In this document: positions 1 through 15,299 of the stretch, one piece after another
Layout: each line of letters starts with the position of its first letter
How positions within the stretch are numbered: the first letter of the stretch is position 1
Origin: Octopus vulgaris
Taxonomy: Eukaryota
Reading direction: 5' to 3'
Assembly: GCA_951406725.2 (NCBI GenBank)
Contig: OX597814.1
Location: forward strand, 160,580,001-160,644,000
Length of the DNA: 64,000 nucleotides
Notes under the pieces: model-generated
Told to the model about the DNA's origin: nothing
Seen by the model: only the letters and a program-made list of their open reading frames with translations
Database searches by the model: none
Made by a program: the position numbers and the translations under genes

Positions 1-222
1 ACTGTCACTGTTGTTAATACGCCTTACAGTTAATCCTTAACCTTTATTGTCATTGCTACAATTGTTTAGACTGTTTTGGTTCTGATCATTGAGACTCTTC
101 AACCATGACCTTCCCTTCTTTCAAATTTATATAGGGAATTTTTTATATTTAATGATAATGAATTATTATTTTTATTCATATAATATGAATAAAAGTAATC
201 ATTATTATTGAATAAAAAAAAA

Positions 223-410
223 AAGCAGTGAGTTGGCAGAATCGTTAGCACGTCGGCAGCTCTTGTTCTTCCGATTCATTACGTTCTAAGTTCAAATGTC
301 ACCGTGTTTGACATCGCCTTTCATCCTTCTGAAGTTGCAGTCAAGCGCTAGGGTCGAGTTAATCAACTAACCCCTCCTCCAAATTCCAGACCTTATGTTT
401 ATATTAGAAA
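223..410 (+). mobile_element. Degraded tRNA-derived SINE, family S1 (Deu/Nin-domain-like)
   Basis: GCAGTGAGTTGGCAGAATCGTTAGCACG head, B-box-like GTTCAAAT and GCCTTTCATCCTT core match the younger copies (e.g. 54663-54896). A further fragment lies at ~630-735. Confidence 0.8.
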
Positions 411-1039
411 TATTAAATTTTTAGAAATCATTATTTAATGTATCTTTTCCCTGTCTTAAGAAAGAAGATTTGACTGCTATTTCTAACCATTCGAGCGACC
501 ACACAGAGGTTCCCTTGCTTTGTTGTTAGTGGTATCAATATAAAGATAGCTTCAAGCAGATGCCATTGACTGATATTGCAACTACTGTGGCTATTATGTT
601 TTCTTTCTTATTATTACCAACATTACTAAGAGCGGAGAGCTGACTGAATCGTTAGTATGCCAAGCAAAATGCCTAGCGGCATTTCGTCCGTCTTTACGTT
701 CTCAGCTCAAATTCCTCCGAGGTTGGTTCTGCCCAAACTATCAGTACGTTATATTTTATCTCCTTAAAACTGCTCTGAAAATCGTTTGTTTCTTAGATAG
801 AAGGAGGGACGCTCCCGTAAAGTTATTTGAAATACTATTTTGGCACAAGGCCAGAAATTTCGGCGGAGGGGAAAGACTAAGTTATTTGAAATATTAACTT
901 TCATTTAAACATTCAATACTTCGAAGTTAACAAAAAAAATAGCGAAATATTTACACATGCATTTTGCATCAGCAGTTGCTTTAAAAAATACTGAGCGCAG
1001 AAATGTATGCCTGTCATCAATGATTTATAATAATGGTTT

Positions 1040-1690
1040 CTAAATTATGCACAAGGCCATCAACTCTGAGAAGAGGAAGCTAAACGAATCCATCGACCCG
1101 AGTTTTTTACAGGTATTTTATTTTTTCGAGGCCGGAAGGATGAAAGGTAAAGTTGACCACAATGGGAATTGAACTCAGAAAGTAAAGAACCGGAAGAAAT
1201 ACCGCAAAGCATTTTGTCCAACGCTTTAACGACTCTGCCAACACGCCACCCTTGTTTCTAATTTAAGCACAAGGCTACCAAGTTTGATGGACAGGAGTCA
1301 GTTGATACCATTGATGTCAATATTTGACTGGCACTTTATTTTAACCACTCAGAAAGGGTGAAAGGCAAAGCTAACCACCGTTAGATTTCAACTCATAAAG
1401 GTAAACTCGGTAAAGGGCTGAACGAAATGCCACAAGACGGATTTTTTCAACGCCATAATGATTTTCAGTCCCCCACCCCGAGTAATAATAATGATTTCCT
1501 TTTTCAGTACACAGCAAGTAATTTTTTAGTGAAAGGTATTAGGCGATACCAACGGCTCCGAGATTTTGCTGATATTTTATTTTATTGACCCTGAAAGGAA
1601 GAAATTTTGAATGCAGAACGAGAAAAACGAGAAAAAACTTTCACAAAGCATTTTCCGATGATCTAATGAGTCTGCCGGTCTACCGCCCAA
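1040..1690 (-). mobile_element. Three adjacent degraded S1 SINE copies
   Basis: Repeated GCACAAGGC...GAAGGATGAAAGG...GAACTCAGAA blocks at ~1040-1252, ~1265-1480 and ~1500-1690. Confidence 0.7.
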
Positions 1691-1719
1691 TAATGATAAT
1701 GATGATGATGATGACGACA

Positions 1720-3897
1720 AATGTTAGCACAAAAGATCGAAGCGAGTGGAGTTGTGATAAAAAAAATGAGGAAAGACGCCTACAGTTCAAACAAAACTAG
1801 CTGTTTAAAGCACATTAGACTCTGTTCTATGAGAGTCTGGATGGAGGAGATAAGGAAGAAGCAGAGTTACCTATTTCCAAAGAAGCAACTTCGTTTTGGA
1901 GCAAGATCTGGTCAGAAATTATCAAACACAACAAGCCATCCTGGTTTCATGAGGTGGAAGGAAAATTCAATGACATGGAGAGACAAGAAGACATTACCAT
2001 CACGTTGGAGTTAGATGAAAAATTGGAAGGCAACTGGACCGGACCTAGTTCAAGGTTTTTGATTCAAAGTTTTGACGAATTTACCTTCTAAACTACAAAG
2101 ATCCTGCAAGGTTGTGTATTCCAAGGAATTGTACCAGAATGGATGGTTAGCGGAAGAACTGTGTTGATCCAGAAGGACCCAGTCAAGGGTACTGTGGACA
2201 GCAACTATCGTCCGACTGTTTCTTTACCAGTAATATGGAAGCTTCTAACTGGGATAATGGGAAAGAAACTGTACGACCATCTTGAAAAAAATGAACTGCT
2301 AACAGATTAACAGAAATGTTGTAGGAAGGGATCACGAGGAACAAAGAATCAGTTGCTGATAGATAAGGTAATTTTGAGGAACTGTCGGAGATGGTTGACA
2401 AGCCTATCAATAGCTTGGATTGACTATAAGAAGGCATATGATATGGTTTCCCACTCGCAGGTTCTAAAATGCCTGGAGATTTTCGGGGCAGAAAAAATAT
2501 GATATATTTGTTCAAAGACAGTATGAAGAACTGGAAGACTGTTTTGACAGAAGGTGGAAGGGAAACTAGACAAGTCAACATCAAGAGGGGAATATTTCAA
2601 GGAGACTCTGCTGTTCATTAAGTTAGTACGTTTAGTATGTTACCGCTCTCCATGGTTCTGGGGACGATGGAAGCTGATTACAAACTGCAGGAAAACATAA
2701 GCCAATTAACCACCTGCTGTTTATGGGCGATTTGAAGTTTTACGAGCCAAGCAGACCGTGCGAATTTTCCTGATGGCATTTGGTCTAGACAAATGCGCTG
2801 TTATTGAATAAGGGAGAGGGAAAAGAAATACAACTTCCAGTTGATGACCGTACTGAAGAAGTGAACGGAGAGGGTTACAAGTGTTTTGTTGTTTTACAAT
2901 TAGGCTAAATACTAAGATGAAGGAAAAGTTTCTTCTGAATATACCAGAAGAGTAAAAAAGCTATGTAGATGCAAACTAAATAGAGGAAACCTGATATGAA
3001 GCATCAACGCTTTGGCTGTAGCTGTGTTACGCTACTTCGCAGGAGTTGGAAATGGACAAAGGAAGAGCTGGTCAACATGGACAGAAAAACTAGGAAGATA
3101 ATGGCTAAGCATGGGTGCCTTCATACTAAAAGTAACGTAGCAAGTCTCTACTTGCCTAGGAAGGTGGAAGAGAATTGGTTGGAATAGAGGAATAGAATAG
3201 AGGATAGCGTTATGCATGCCTATCTGAGGAATAGTGATGAAAGAACGTTGCAGACTTCACTGATAAGGTGATCAGTGATAATAATGAGACCCTCCAGGAG
3301 TACAAAATGAGTACAGACATCGGATAAGTCAGATGAAGAATACTGGTGATGGTTAATAAATTTCTTTCTTTTTTAAAGGAGACTGGACTGATCGTTGCTG
3401 CTCAAGAACAAGCTTTACGAACTAACACCATCAAGTATAATATTGATAAGACAATTGTATCACCTTTCTGTAGATTATGTGAAAAAATCATCTGAGACAA
3501 ACGTATAATTAGTGGATGTGCAAAACTGATCCAAAAGGAGTACGATAAACGCCATGACAAAGTAGCAGTGCGAATGCACTAGTTGAATAGAAATTATGGG
3601 CTAGAGTGTTCCAGTAAATGATAGCACCAACCTTTGCCCTCCGGTAGTAGAGAATGATCAGGTGAAGCTCACATGGGATATGCCAATCTACACATAACCG
3701 ATCAGCTGTCACACTCCTACGGAAGAGTCTAAAGAATGGTCCTTCATCAACATAGCTTTACCTGCAGACCAGACTATTGTGAAGACAGAGACTGAGAAAG
3801 TCGGTAAGTACCAAGTTCGAGCGTTGGAAGTGAGACGCATCCATAGAGCCTTAAAAGTGAATGTGGTGCCTATTGTGATCGGTGCACTTGGAACTAT
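1720..3897 (+). mobile_element. Degraded R4/Dong-clade non-LTR retrotransposon (RT + REL endonuclease)
   Basis: Frameshifted motifs [80 protein letters not shown]. Ends at (TAA)n. Confidence 0.9.
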
Positions 3898-3899
3898 AG

Positions 3900-3900
3900 G

Positions 3901-3979
<79 letters not shown>

Positions 3980-3987
3980 TGATGATG

Positions 3988-4021
<34 letters not shown>

Positions 4022-4023
4022 TG

Positions 4024-4100
<77 letters not shown>

Positions 4101-4152
4101 GATGATGATAATAATAAATTGATAATAATGATGATGATGATGATAATAATAA
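3900..4152 (+). repeat. (TAA)n/(TGA)n microsatellite
   Basis: Directly visible. Confidence 0.98.
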
Positions 4153-4269
4153 ATTGTCTTACCTGGTACGTCTATTGAGAAGAGCATTGTCGCTGTGAAT
4201 TATCCTTCCTTCCAGCCCACACCTTTATTTCATTGGCTTACTTTTTTTTTCTATCACATGACTTTATAA

Positions 4270-6135
4270 ATGAACAGTATCTTGGAAAAAATATGAATTA
4301 CAAGAGATAGACTGGAGAACACGTAAATTAATGACAATGAACTATAAACTACACCGCAAGAGTGATATGACAAGATTGTATGTAAAGAGGAGGGAAGGAG
4401 GACGGGGATTAGTGTGTTGTGAAGGTCGTGTCAGGGAAGAGGAGAATAGCCTGGCTTGGTATGTCAAGGGGAATAAAGAAGAAATGATTGAAGAGAGAAA
4501 ATGCAAGGAACCTTAAACGTGAACGCAGCCGTAGATCCAATACAATTTAAGAAAGACCAGAGACAGTAGATGAAGAAAATTTGGCAGGACAAGAAAATGC
4601 ACAGTCAGTTCTTGAAGAGCTTGTCAGGAAAGAAGGCATAGGCTTGCCAAGTGATGAAATGATGAAGGCAATTCAACCTCAATCCAGCTATAAATACCTG
4701 GGAATACTTGAGGCAGATGGAATTAAACACAATGATATGAAGGAAAAGACAAACAGAGATTACTTGCGGCGAGTGAGAAAAGTACTGGCTTCAAGTACTG
4801 AATGCCAGAAACATAATTTCGGCTATAAACTCGCACGCAGTCGCAGTAGTTTTGGTATGGTACTGGAATCCTGAAGTGAACAGAGGATGAGCTAAAGAAT
4901 ATGGACAGAAAGTCAACAAAGTTCCTAATGATGCATGGAAGCCATCATCTACGTGCAGACACTAATCGCCTATACATGAAGAGAGCAAATGGAGGAAGGG
5001 AACTGATAAGTGCGGAAGACTACGTACGTTCAAAACTCAAGAGCTTTAAGAGATACCTAGCCCAAAGTAAGGAAACCTTGCTAGTGTCAGTTAGGAATTG
5101 AGAGTATTGAAAAAAGAGAAAAAAAGAAAAACAAAGGAAGAAGTACAATAAGGATATGAAGAAGAGTTACGCAAGAAGGGACTATACTATCAATTCCATG
5201 CAACCACAATAGATGCATGTGCCTAGTGTACCCTTATCAGACGGGTGGTCATGATGGGTATACTGGGCTTCATATATTTTACCCCAGTGTCACTTTGATG
5301 GCATGCACTGCTTTCTCACTCAATAATAATAATAATAACAACAACATGCTGGAAAAAATAGGTGGGATTGGTTGAAGAAAGGAATACTAAAAAAAAGAAA
5401 CCGAGAGCACTATACTGACAATGCAAGACCAAGCTTCAGCCACGAACTGGAGGGTCAACCTTTGGAACAAATAAGTGTCTCTGCTGTGCCGCATCCGTAA
5501 TAGAGTGGATGAAACCATTTCCCATATCACGAACGAATGCCCTAGACTTGCCTAAAACCACTACAAGTTGTAGCGACACGACCAGGTAGCGAAAGTACTA
5601 CACTGGAAACTGAGAAAAGTGGGAGGTAGAGAACGGAAAGACGTGGTATGAACACAAACCGCAGAGAGTGGCGAAGTCGAAGACCAGCAAAATCCTCAGG
5701 GACTTACCCATTCCAACAGAGCAGGTGCTAAAGCATAACAGACCGGACCTAGTGGTGGTGGACAAGATGCACCATATATGTTACGTAGTTGATGTTGTAT
5801 GCATCTTTGACCCACGAATAGTCAAGAAGGAAGGCGAAAACATAGATAAATACAATCCTCTTAAGTACGAAATAGCCCAGCTATGGAAAATGAAGAAGGT
5901 GAAGATAGTGCCAATTATTGTTGGGTCCTTGGGGACAGTATCAGAAGGCATCAAAAGGAATATAAAAGAAATAGGAATAGAGTGCCCAGTATAACTGTTA
6001 CAAAAGGTCTGCCTCCTTGGCACGGCCAGAATAATCAGAAAAGTATTAAATAACTGTAAAGAAAAGATAGCATGTTACCGTAGGCTGCAGGTACGCATGC
6101 AAGACCCAGGAGTTCCAACAAAACCTGTGATAAAA
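4270..6135 (+). mobile_element. R4/Dong-clade fragments (two pieces joined near 4612), 5'-truncated
   Basis: RLYVKRREGGRGL, YKYLGILEAD, RLYMKRANGGRELIS, HNRPDLVVVDK, KY..LKYEIAQLW, VPIIVGSLG. Homologous to 46683-48175 and 48722-48940 on the - strand. Confidence 0.9.
5212..5340 (+). mobile_element. 3' end of the TAA-flanked non-coding element, nested in a Dong copy
   Basis: Matches the reverse complement of 45868-45977 and ends in CACTC(AAT)n. Confidence 0.85.
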
Positions 6136-6189
6136 AGAAATAATAATAAAATTATTTGAGAATGGTCCCTGAATTAATATCCATGCAGG

Positions 6190-6472
6190 AAGTGCTAAAG
6201 ATCGTCTTAACTGGTACGTCACACGTACTGAGAAGAGCATTGTCGCTGTGAATTTTCTTTCCTTTTTCCCCTTTTATTTTCTATGTTTACTTTTTTTTCG
6301 TTTTTTTCTGTTTTTCTTTTTCTGTATGTCTTCCCCTTTTTCTCTGAAACATGATTTGTCAATGAACTATCTGGTGTGTTTATTTTAATGACCTACCAAT
6401 GTATACAATGAGTGTCTCTGCCTTAAGTGTCAAGAAGACACTCGGCAAGAAATGGCAACAGACAGGAAAGAA
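6190..6472 (+). mobile_element. Probable 3' UTR fragment of another TAA-flanked retroelement
   Basis: CTGGTACGTC..TGAGAAGAGCATTGTCGCTGTGAATT is shared with ~4160-4260. Ends at (TAA)n. Confidence 0.5.
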
Positions 6473-8745
<2,273 letters not shown>

Positions 8746-8746
<1 letters not shown>

Positions 8747-8980
8747 TGGTGCGTTGAGAACCGTTAGCAAAGATATAGACAAATGGTTGAAGGAGATTGC
8801 GACAGAATGTTCTTTAGAGCTTCCACAGAAAGTTTGCCTCTTAGAGACATGAAAGATTATCAGACGGGTTCTAAGCACTTGAAAGACTACTGAAAACTAG
8901 TGGATAACTAAGATTATAGGTAGTAACCCACTACCCACATAAATCCTGCTAAGAATAAGACTGAATATGAGTCAAATCAA
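8746..8980 (+). mobile_element. R4/Dong 3'-terminal fragment
   Basis: IGALRTVSKDIDKWLKEI..LPQKVCLL, directly after (TAA)n. Confidence 0.8.
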
Positions 8981-9004
8981 CAACAACAATAATATTAGTA
9001 ACCA

Positions 9005-9378
9005 ATGACCTGATGCAATATCAGGCACTAGCTCTCATGGCTTCTGATCTTAATTGATTGGAAGTGTTATCATGTACATTGTTTTGTTTTGATATAAAAG
9101 ATGGGCTACAGCAAATATTATTCTGCCCAATACCACAGATTTGCTTGTCAGTTGTTTGACCTTAACCAGTTGAATATGTCTCTTGGTGGTTGACCATATG
9201 TGCATCTCTGATCGCAAGGAGAAGTAGTGGGAGAGCATCATAGCCATGTGTTGAGAGGAATTCTTTGGGGTTGGAATAATTCACCTTTGGAAACATTGGT
9301 GTTTCGTTCAACATCCTTAAACAGCCCTTATTCAGGGACCTTTTGAGTGAGATGGACTACTCGACCTGAAGAAAATTC
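9005..9378 (+). mobile_element. 5' two-thirds of the TAA-flanked non-coding element
   Basis: Matches the reverse complement of ~46053-46423. Confidence 0.85.
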
Positions 9379-9609
9379 GCTGAGGTCGCTGAGCAAAGCA
9401 AACCCTGACTACATGTATTCACAATGCCTATTCTAAATAAGGCTATGTTGGATGAAAGTGGGAAACGAAGAGCAATCGCTTATCTGCATTCCTGTAGAAG
9501 AACAGATGATCAGTTTTTTCGATTAGTTGAGGGTTTTTCCATCGGTAAGTTTTTGTAAATCCTTTTGTTTATAGTCCCTCGGAAATATTTCATTCCATCA
9601 GAGTATTTT

Positions 9610-10700
9610 GATTTTGATTTTGTCTAGATACGATCTTCATTTTCAAACCTATTTCATAGGAAACTGGAGAAAATGTGGGTGTTATTGTTTCATATTTTGA
9701 AAGAAAAGTAAAGAGAACATTAAACGATTCGTCAAATTAATAAACAACATTCACGAATCGATCCAATCCACTATGGAAATGAATGTAAGGGACTATCTTT
9801 TCTGAAAATTCTAATAAAGAAAAAGATACAATTACAGCCAATCTCTACTACAAGGACACAGACACACATCAATATTTGGATTTTAGCTCTTGTCGCCCTT
9901 TCCATACAAAAAAAGAACATAGCACGCAATATGGCAAGACACGTATATGCTCAATAGTTATAGATACCGAGAGAAACAACGAATAGAACTAAATACGTAT
10001 CTTCAAAAACAGAAAAAACCCCAAAAGTAAATTAATCATGTCGTAATTAAAGCAAAAGAAATCCCGATCTGTACTTTACGAAAAAAAAAAAACACTCATG
10101 CTTAGAGTGAAAGCATAAATACAAATATAAATATTCCATTTGAAGTCACCCATAATCTTAAACGATACCTCCCAATTCTACATCAAGCATCAAATTTCCG
10201 ACAAATAATTTTTAAAATTACAAATCACCAACAGCCGAAAACAACCACCAAATCTCAAGAGACTTCTAACAAAGGCGAGATTTACATCAGAGAAAGAAAT
10301 GATACAAGTTACAAACTGCTTAGATCCTCATTGTGAGACATGTGAAATAACTGAATAAGGAACAACCAAAAGATTCAATAATTGGAAGGAATTAAAAGTC
10401 AATGCTAACATGAACTGCAAAGCAAAATATTTCATCTACTGCATCACATGCCAAAAAGGAAATAAGAATTACATTGGGCAAACAGAGGCAAATCTAACAA
10501 TTCGTGTAAACGTGCATAAATAGTAAATTAATAATTTATCTCTTAGAAATGTTCCTTGTTATAAACTAGACATTTGGGAAAAAAGAAAAATTTTAAATAT
10601 CCCTCATATACAAAATAAAAGATAAAAATGATCAACTACAAAAGAAAATAGAAGAATAATTTTATAAAAATTTTAAATTCAATACTAAACCAGAAATAGC
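9610..10700 (+). mobile_element. Degraded Penelope-like element (RT + GIY-YIG)
   Basis: Frameshifted NNIHESIQSTME, LSFLKILI, YYKDTDTHQYLDFSSC.P.HTK, and GIY-YIG FIYCITCQK..KNYIGQTEANLTIRVNVHK. Confidence 0.85.
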
Positions 10701-10857
10701 TAACACCATTACAAAAAAGCACTTCTAAATGCTTTAGCGTAGTACGTATGTGTTTGAAAGGTAGAAAAACGAAAGCATTTATACGCAAAATACACGCTTA
10801 GCATAAAATACACTCAGTACAAAAACTTCTTCCACAAAGGTTAGTGGCATTCTGTTT

Positions 10858-10988
10858 TACTCCCCAACCACATTATTCTGGGTTCAATCCCACTGCGTGG
10901 CACCTTGAGCAACTGGCTTCTGCAACTTCGGACCAACTAAAGCTTTGTGAGTGGATTTGATGGACAAAAACTGAAAGAACCTCATCGA

Positions 10989-11069
<81 letters not shown>

Positions 11070-11250
11070 TCCCTCATCACCTCTTAACAACATCACCCGC
11101 AACTTAGCGGTTCGGCCAGAAAGACCGATAGAAGAAGTACCAAGTTTTAAAAACAATAAGTACTGGGGTCGATTCGTTCGACTAAGATTCTTCAAGACGG
11201 TGCCCCAGCATGGCTACAGTCTAATAACTGAAACAAGTAAAACATAAAAG
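10858..11250 (+). mobile_element. SINE family S2 (CORE-like head, internal (GT)n, CR1-like tail)
   Basis: GGGTTCAATCCCACTGCGTGGCACCTTGAGCAA head and GGTGCCCCAGCATGGC..TGAAACAAGTAAAA tail. Confidence 0.85.
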
Positions 11251-11450
<200 letters not shown>

Positions 11451-11636
11451 TAATCTTTAACCTTTTACTTGTCATTAGAGTATGGTCATGCTGGAGCAAG
11501 GGTTTTAGCAAAAACACTACGCTATGATGATAAAATTATTCAACTAATGTAATCATTGCTCACAGGTCATTTTGTCTAAAATAAGATCCAGGCACATTTT
11601 TAGGCCTAGGAACGCTCAAAGGAGAAGATTTCCGTT

Positions 11637-11713
<77 letters not shown>
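11637..11713 (+). repeat. (CT)n microsatellite
   Basis: Directly visible. Confidence 0.97.
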
Positions 11714-11716
<3 letters not shown>

Positions 11717-12040
11717 CAAGTCAGATAAGAATTTTCTTTTTATTGAAAGACGGCAAGCAGCTGATTATTAGAAGCGCAATGAAAGTCAACATAGAGACAC
11801 AACACAAACGTGCATTCGAAACTAGATGCGCACACCTAACCTGGTTCACGCACATAAATCTGAGGTATACAGAGAAATCCTAAATTTACTTAGTATATAC
11901 ACACAGATGCACACACACAGGTGTGTGTTTGTATGTATGTATGTATGTATAATTTGTCTTTGTGTTTGTATGCATTCGTTTGCTATCAAATGTGTATGTG
12001 TATGTTTGATACTTGTTTTATCTAGGAGTCTAAGTTTTCT

Positions 12041-12644
12041 TATTTCTTTATTGCCCGCAAGGGGCTAAACATAGAAGGGACAAACATGGACAGACAAACG
12101 GATTATGTCGATTACATCGACCCCAGTGCGTAACTGGTACTTAATTTATCGACCCCGAAAGGATGAAAGGCAAAGTCGACTGTGATGGAATTTGAACTCA
12201 GAACGTAGCGGCAGACGAAATACCTATTTCTATTTCTTTACTACCCGCAAGGGGCTAAACACAAAGAGATCGAACAAGGACAGACAAACGGATTAAGTCG
12301 ATTATATCGACCCCAGTGCGTAACTGGTAATTATTTAATCGACGCCGAAAGGATGAAAGGCAAAGTCGACCTCTGCGAAATTTGAACTCAGAACGTAACG
12401 GCAGACGAAATACCTATTTCTTTACTACACAGAAGGGGCTAAACATAGAGGGGACAAACAAGGACAGACAAACGGATTAAGTCGATTATATCGACCCAGT
12501 GCGTAACTGGTACTTAATTTATCGACCCAGAAAGGATGAAAGGCAAATCGACCTCGGCGGAATTTGAACTCAGAACGTAACGGCAGACGAAATACGGCAA
12601 CGCATTTCGCCCGGCGTGCAAACGTTTCTGCCAGCTCGCCGCCT
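12041..12644 (-). mobile_element. S1 SINE trimer (one full unit + two head-less ~190-bp units) with a single 20-bp TSD
   Basis: TSD TCTAGGAGTCTAAGTTTTCT at 12021-12040 and 12645-12664. Junctions at 12224/5 and 12414/5. Confidence 0.93.
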
Positions 12645-13130
12645 TCTAGGAGTCTAAGTTTTCTATGAGTATGGTTGTGTGGTTGTTTGCTTGTATATAT
12701 TATCTGTGGATTTCGTACATCAATGGAGAAAAGAGTTCTTTTCATTCACAAAATGCAGTATCCTATGTGTATATTAGATGCGTGTCAGATCTGTATGTAT
12801 GTGTATATATTTCTTTCGTGTGTACTTGTATACGATGTGTGTATCTCTTTTCGTATGTATATTTGTGATATTAATGCATGCACATATTATTTTCCAATAT
12901 TTCTGTCCATGAAAAGAGAGAAAATGTGTGTGTATTCATGCATGAATGCATGTATGTATGTACGTATTCTTATAAAAAAAAACCTATAATTTTGAAACTA
13001 ACGCGCGTGCACAGCAACAATCACAAACATACATACAAAAGTAAGCGGAATATATGCAATTTTTATCCAATAAAATATAAGAAGTTTATAACATATGTAC
13101 AAAAATATTATGATTATTATTATTATCATC

Positions 13131-13177
<47 letters not shown>

Positions 13178-13178
<1 letters not shown>

Positions 13179-13292
13179 CTTTTCTACTCTAGGCACAAGG
13201 CCCGAAATTTTAGAGGAAGGGGCCAGTCGATTAGATCGACTTCAGTACGCAACTGGTTCTTAATTTATCGACCCCGAAAGGATGAAAGGCAA
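13178..13292 (-). mobile_element. S1 SINE 3' half with (ATT)n tail
   Basis: The - strand ends GGGCCTTGTGCCTAGAGTAGAAAAG(ATT)n. Confidence 0.85.
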
Positions 13293-13294
13293 AT

Positions 13295-13529
13295 GACAAT
13301 AATTGACGCACTTGGAAACTATCAGCACTCAACTACCAACATGGCTGAAAGAGACTGGTACAAATGTAAAGATAGAACACCTACAAAAGTCAGTATTGCT
13401 TGGAACTGCAAGAATTCTTCGCGGGGTTCTTGAAGCATGACCAGTAAAGAAGTGTCACCTTAGTCGGCTGGCTGTGGACAGCTGACACTTTCCATCATAC
13501 CCAGCAAAATAAGCTGAAAGTTTTCATCA

Positions 13530-13530
<1 letters not shown>
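13295..13530 (+). mobile_element. R4/Dong 3'-terminal fragment
   Basis: IIDALG.., HLQKSVLLGTARILRGVLEA*, then UTR and (TAA)n. Confidence 0.8.
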
Positions 13531-13573
<43 letters not shown>

Positions 13574-13574
<1 letters not shown>

Positions 13575-13745
13575 CCTTTCTACTGTAGGCACAAGGCCTG
13601 AAATCTAAGGACAGTAGAGCTAGGCGATTGCATTGACTCCAGTGTTCAACTCGTACTTATTTTATCGACCTCGAAAGGATGAAAGACAAAGTCGACCTCG
13701 GCGGAATTTGAACTCAGAACGTAAAGAACGGAAAACCTGTAGCAA
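13574..13745 (-). mobile_element. S1 SINE, 5'-truncated, (ATT)n tail
   Basis: Similarity to other S1 copies. Its tail is the (TAA)n at 13531-13573. Confidence 0.85.
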
Positions 13746-13797
13746 GTCGTTTTTTTTCCAATCCACCTCTTTATTATTATTATTATTATTATTATTA

Positions 13798-13848
<51 letters not shown>

Positions 13849-13849
<1 letters not shown>

Positions 13850-14200
13850 AGGCGGCGAGCTGGCAGAATCGTTAGCACACCGGGCGCAATACTTAGCGGT
13901 ATTTCGTCTGTCTTTACGTTCTGAGTTCAAATTCCGCCGAGGTCGACTTTGGCTTTCATCCTTTCGGGATCGATAAATTAAGGACCAGTTGAACACTGGG
14001 GTCGATATATTCGACTTAATCCGTTTGTCTGTCCTTGTTTGTCTCCTCTGTGTGTAGCCCCTTGTGGGCAGTAAAGAAATAGGTATTTCGTCTGCCGCTA
14101 CGTTCTAAGTTCAAATTCCGCCGAGGTCGACTTTGCCTTTAATCCTTTCGGGATCGATTAAATAAGTACCAGTTACGCCCTGGGGTCGATATAATCGACT
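13849..14200 (+). mobile_element. S1 SINE dimer
   Basis: Full unit followed by a restart at GGTATTTCGTCTGCC (junction 14081/2). Confidence 0.9.
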
Positions 14201-14289
14201 TTTTTCCACCTGAAAGATCCGAACCTAACCCCAAATACCTCAACCTAATCCTTAGTTCAGCGACAGAAGTTGCCAACATTCATGGACTT

Positions 14290-14870
14290 AACCTTGCCTG
14301 GTGCCGAGTTGCAAGCCTATTGTCTTATTCGGGTTAATACCTACTCCCATTGCCTCTTGATGTTCCTCGAAAATGGTGCCGACCACATCTATTTCCGATG
14401 TCTTCAATACTATGACAGTGACGTTATCGTGGATGTAGATATGACTCTGCTTTGTCACATTATAAGCGGAATGCTCCTCAAAATTTCAAACATCCGCGGC
14501 AGTGGCTCGAGTACCAAAACGTTGGGAAAGGATGAGAGCGGGACTCATTGACGGAGAATATGCGTGATGCATAACGCTTCCGGTAGATAGCAAATTAGAT
14601 TGGCGAACAGATGTCACAGTATATTGAAGCGGTCCAATCTCTGACAGTGGAACCAAATTCAGATGTGCTAAGGACAACAGCTAAGTAGCAATTGTCGACT
14701 TTGTCGAACCCTTTAAACAAATCTAAATTGATTAGCAATCCACCGAAGCCAAATCGATTTCCAAACCGCTCCATATTGTATAGCATGGGGTGTAGGATGT
14801 TTAGGATATATCTACCGATCTTTGCATAAGCTTGGGCATCTCCGACTTCGCTGCCAGCAGTAAAAGGCAA
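14290..14870 (-). mobile_element. Degraded L1/Tx1-clade RT fragment
   Basis: GGLLINLDLFKGFDKVDNCYLAVVL..FG..RDW..IY, then a decayed SVRQGCPLSP..LEPL region. Confidence 0.75.
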
Positions 14871-14924
14871 CCTCTTGTTAAACTATCAATCTCAACGGAC
14901 GATATTGTATCTCTGAAAAAGAAG

Positions 14925-15245
14925 GGGGAAACTTATTGAATATTGAATATAAAGATCTTGAATCAGAAATAACCCGAATGTGGTGACTGAAGACAAAAAC
15001 TATCCTTATAATGACATGAGTTTTGGTAATGATTCAAAAATATGTAGACAAATACATAACCCACATCCCAAGACATAGGCAAAAATACAGCATATAGACA
15101 GTAATATCACAAAGCACAGCACATATGATTGCATTGAGTACTTGCAGTAGGAAAGGGAAAAAATAAGCACAAAACAAATCATTGCATGTGTCCAGGGAAC
15201 AGTGAGCTGCGCTCGATTATACAGCAGAAACATGCAATAAAAGAT
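14925..15245 (+). mobile_element. Old R4/Dong 3' fragment
   Basis: YKDLESEITRMW.LKTKTI, and 3' UTR GAGCTGCGCTCG as at ~6903. Confidence 0.7.
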
Positions 15246-15250
15246 ATCGA

Positions 15251-15299
<49 letters not shown>

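Noticed and set aside
3894-4187. Poly-Ile/Leu/Asn/Ser/Gly/Pro/His ORFs (also 6.4, 8.6, 13.6, 27-28.7, 48-49 and 59 kb)
   Set aside because: Trinucleotide microsatellite artefacts.
12041-12644. CRISPR-like or satellite array
   Set aside because: Units are SINE bodies without unique spacers, in eukaryotic context.
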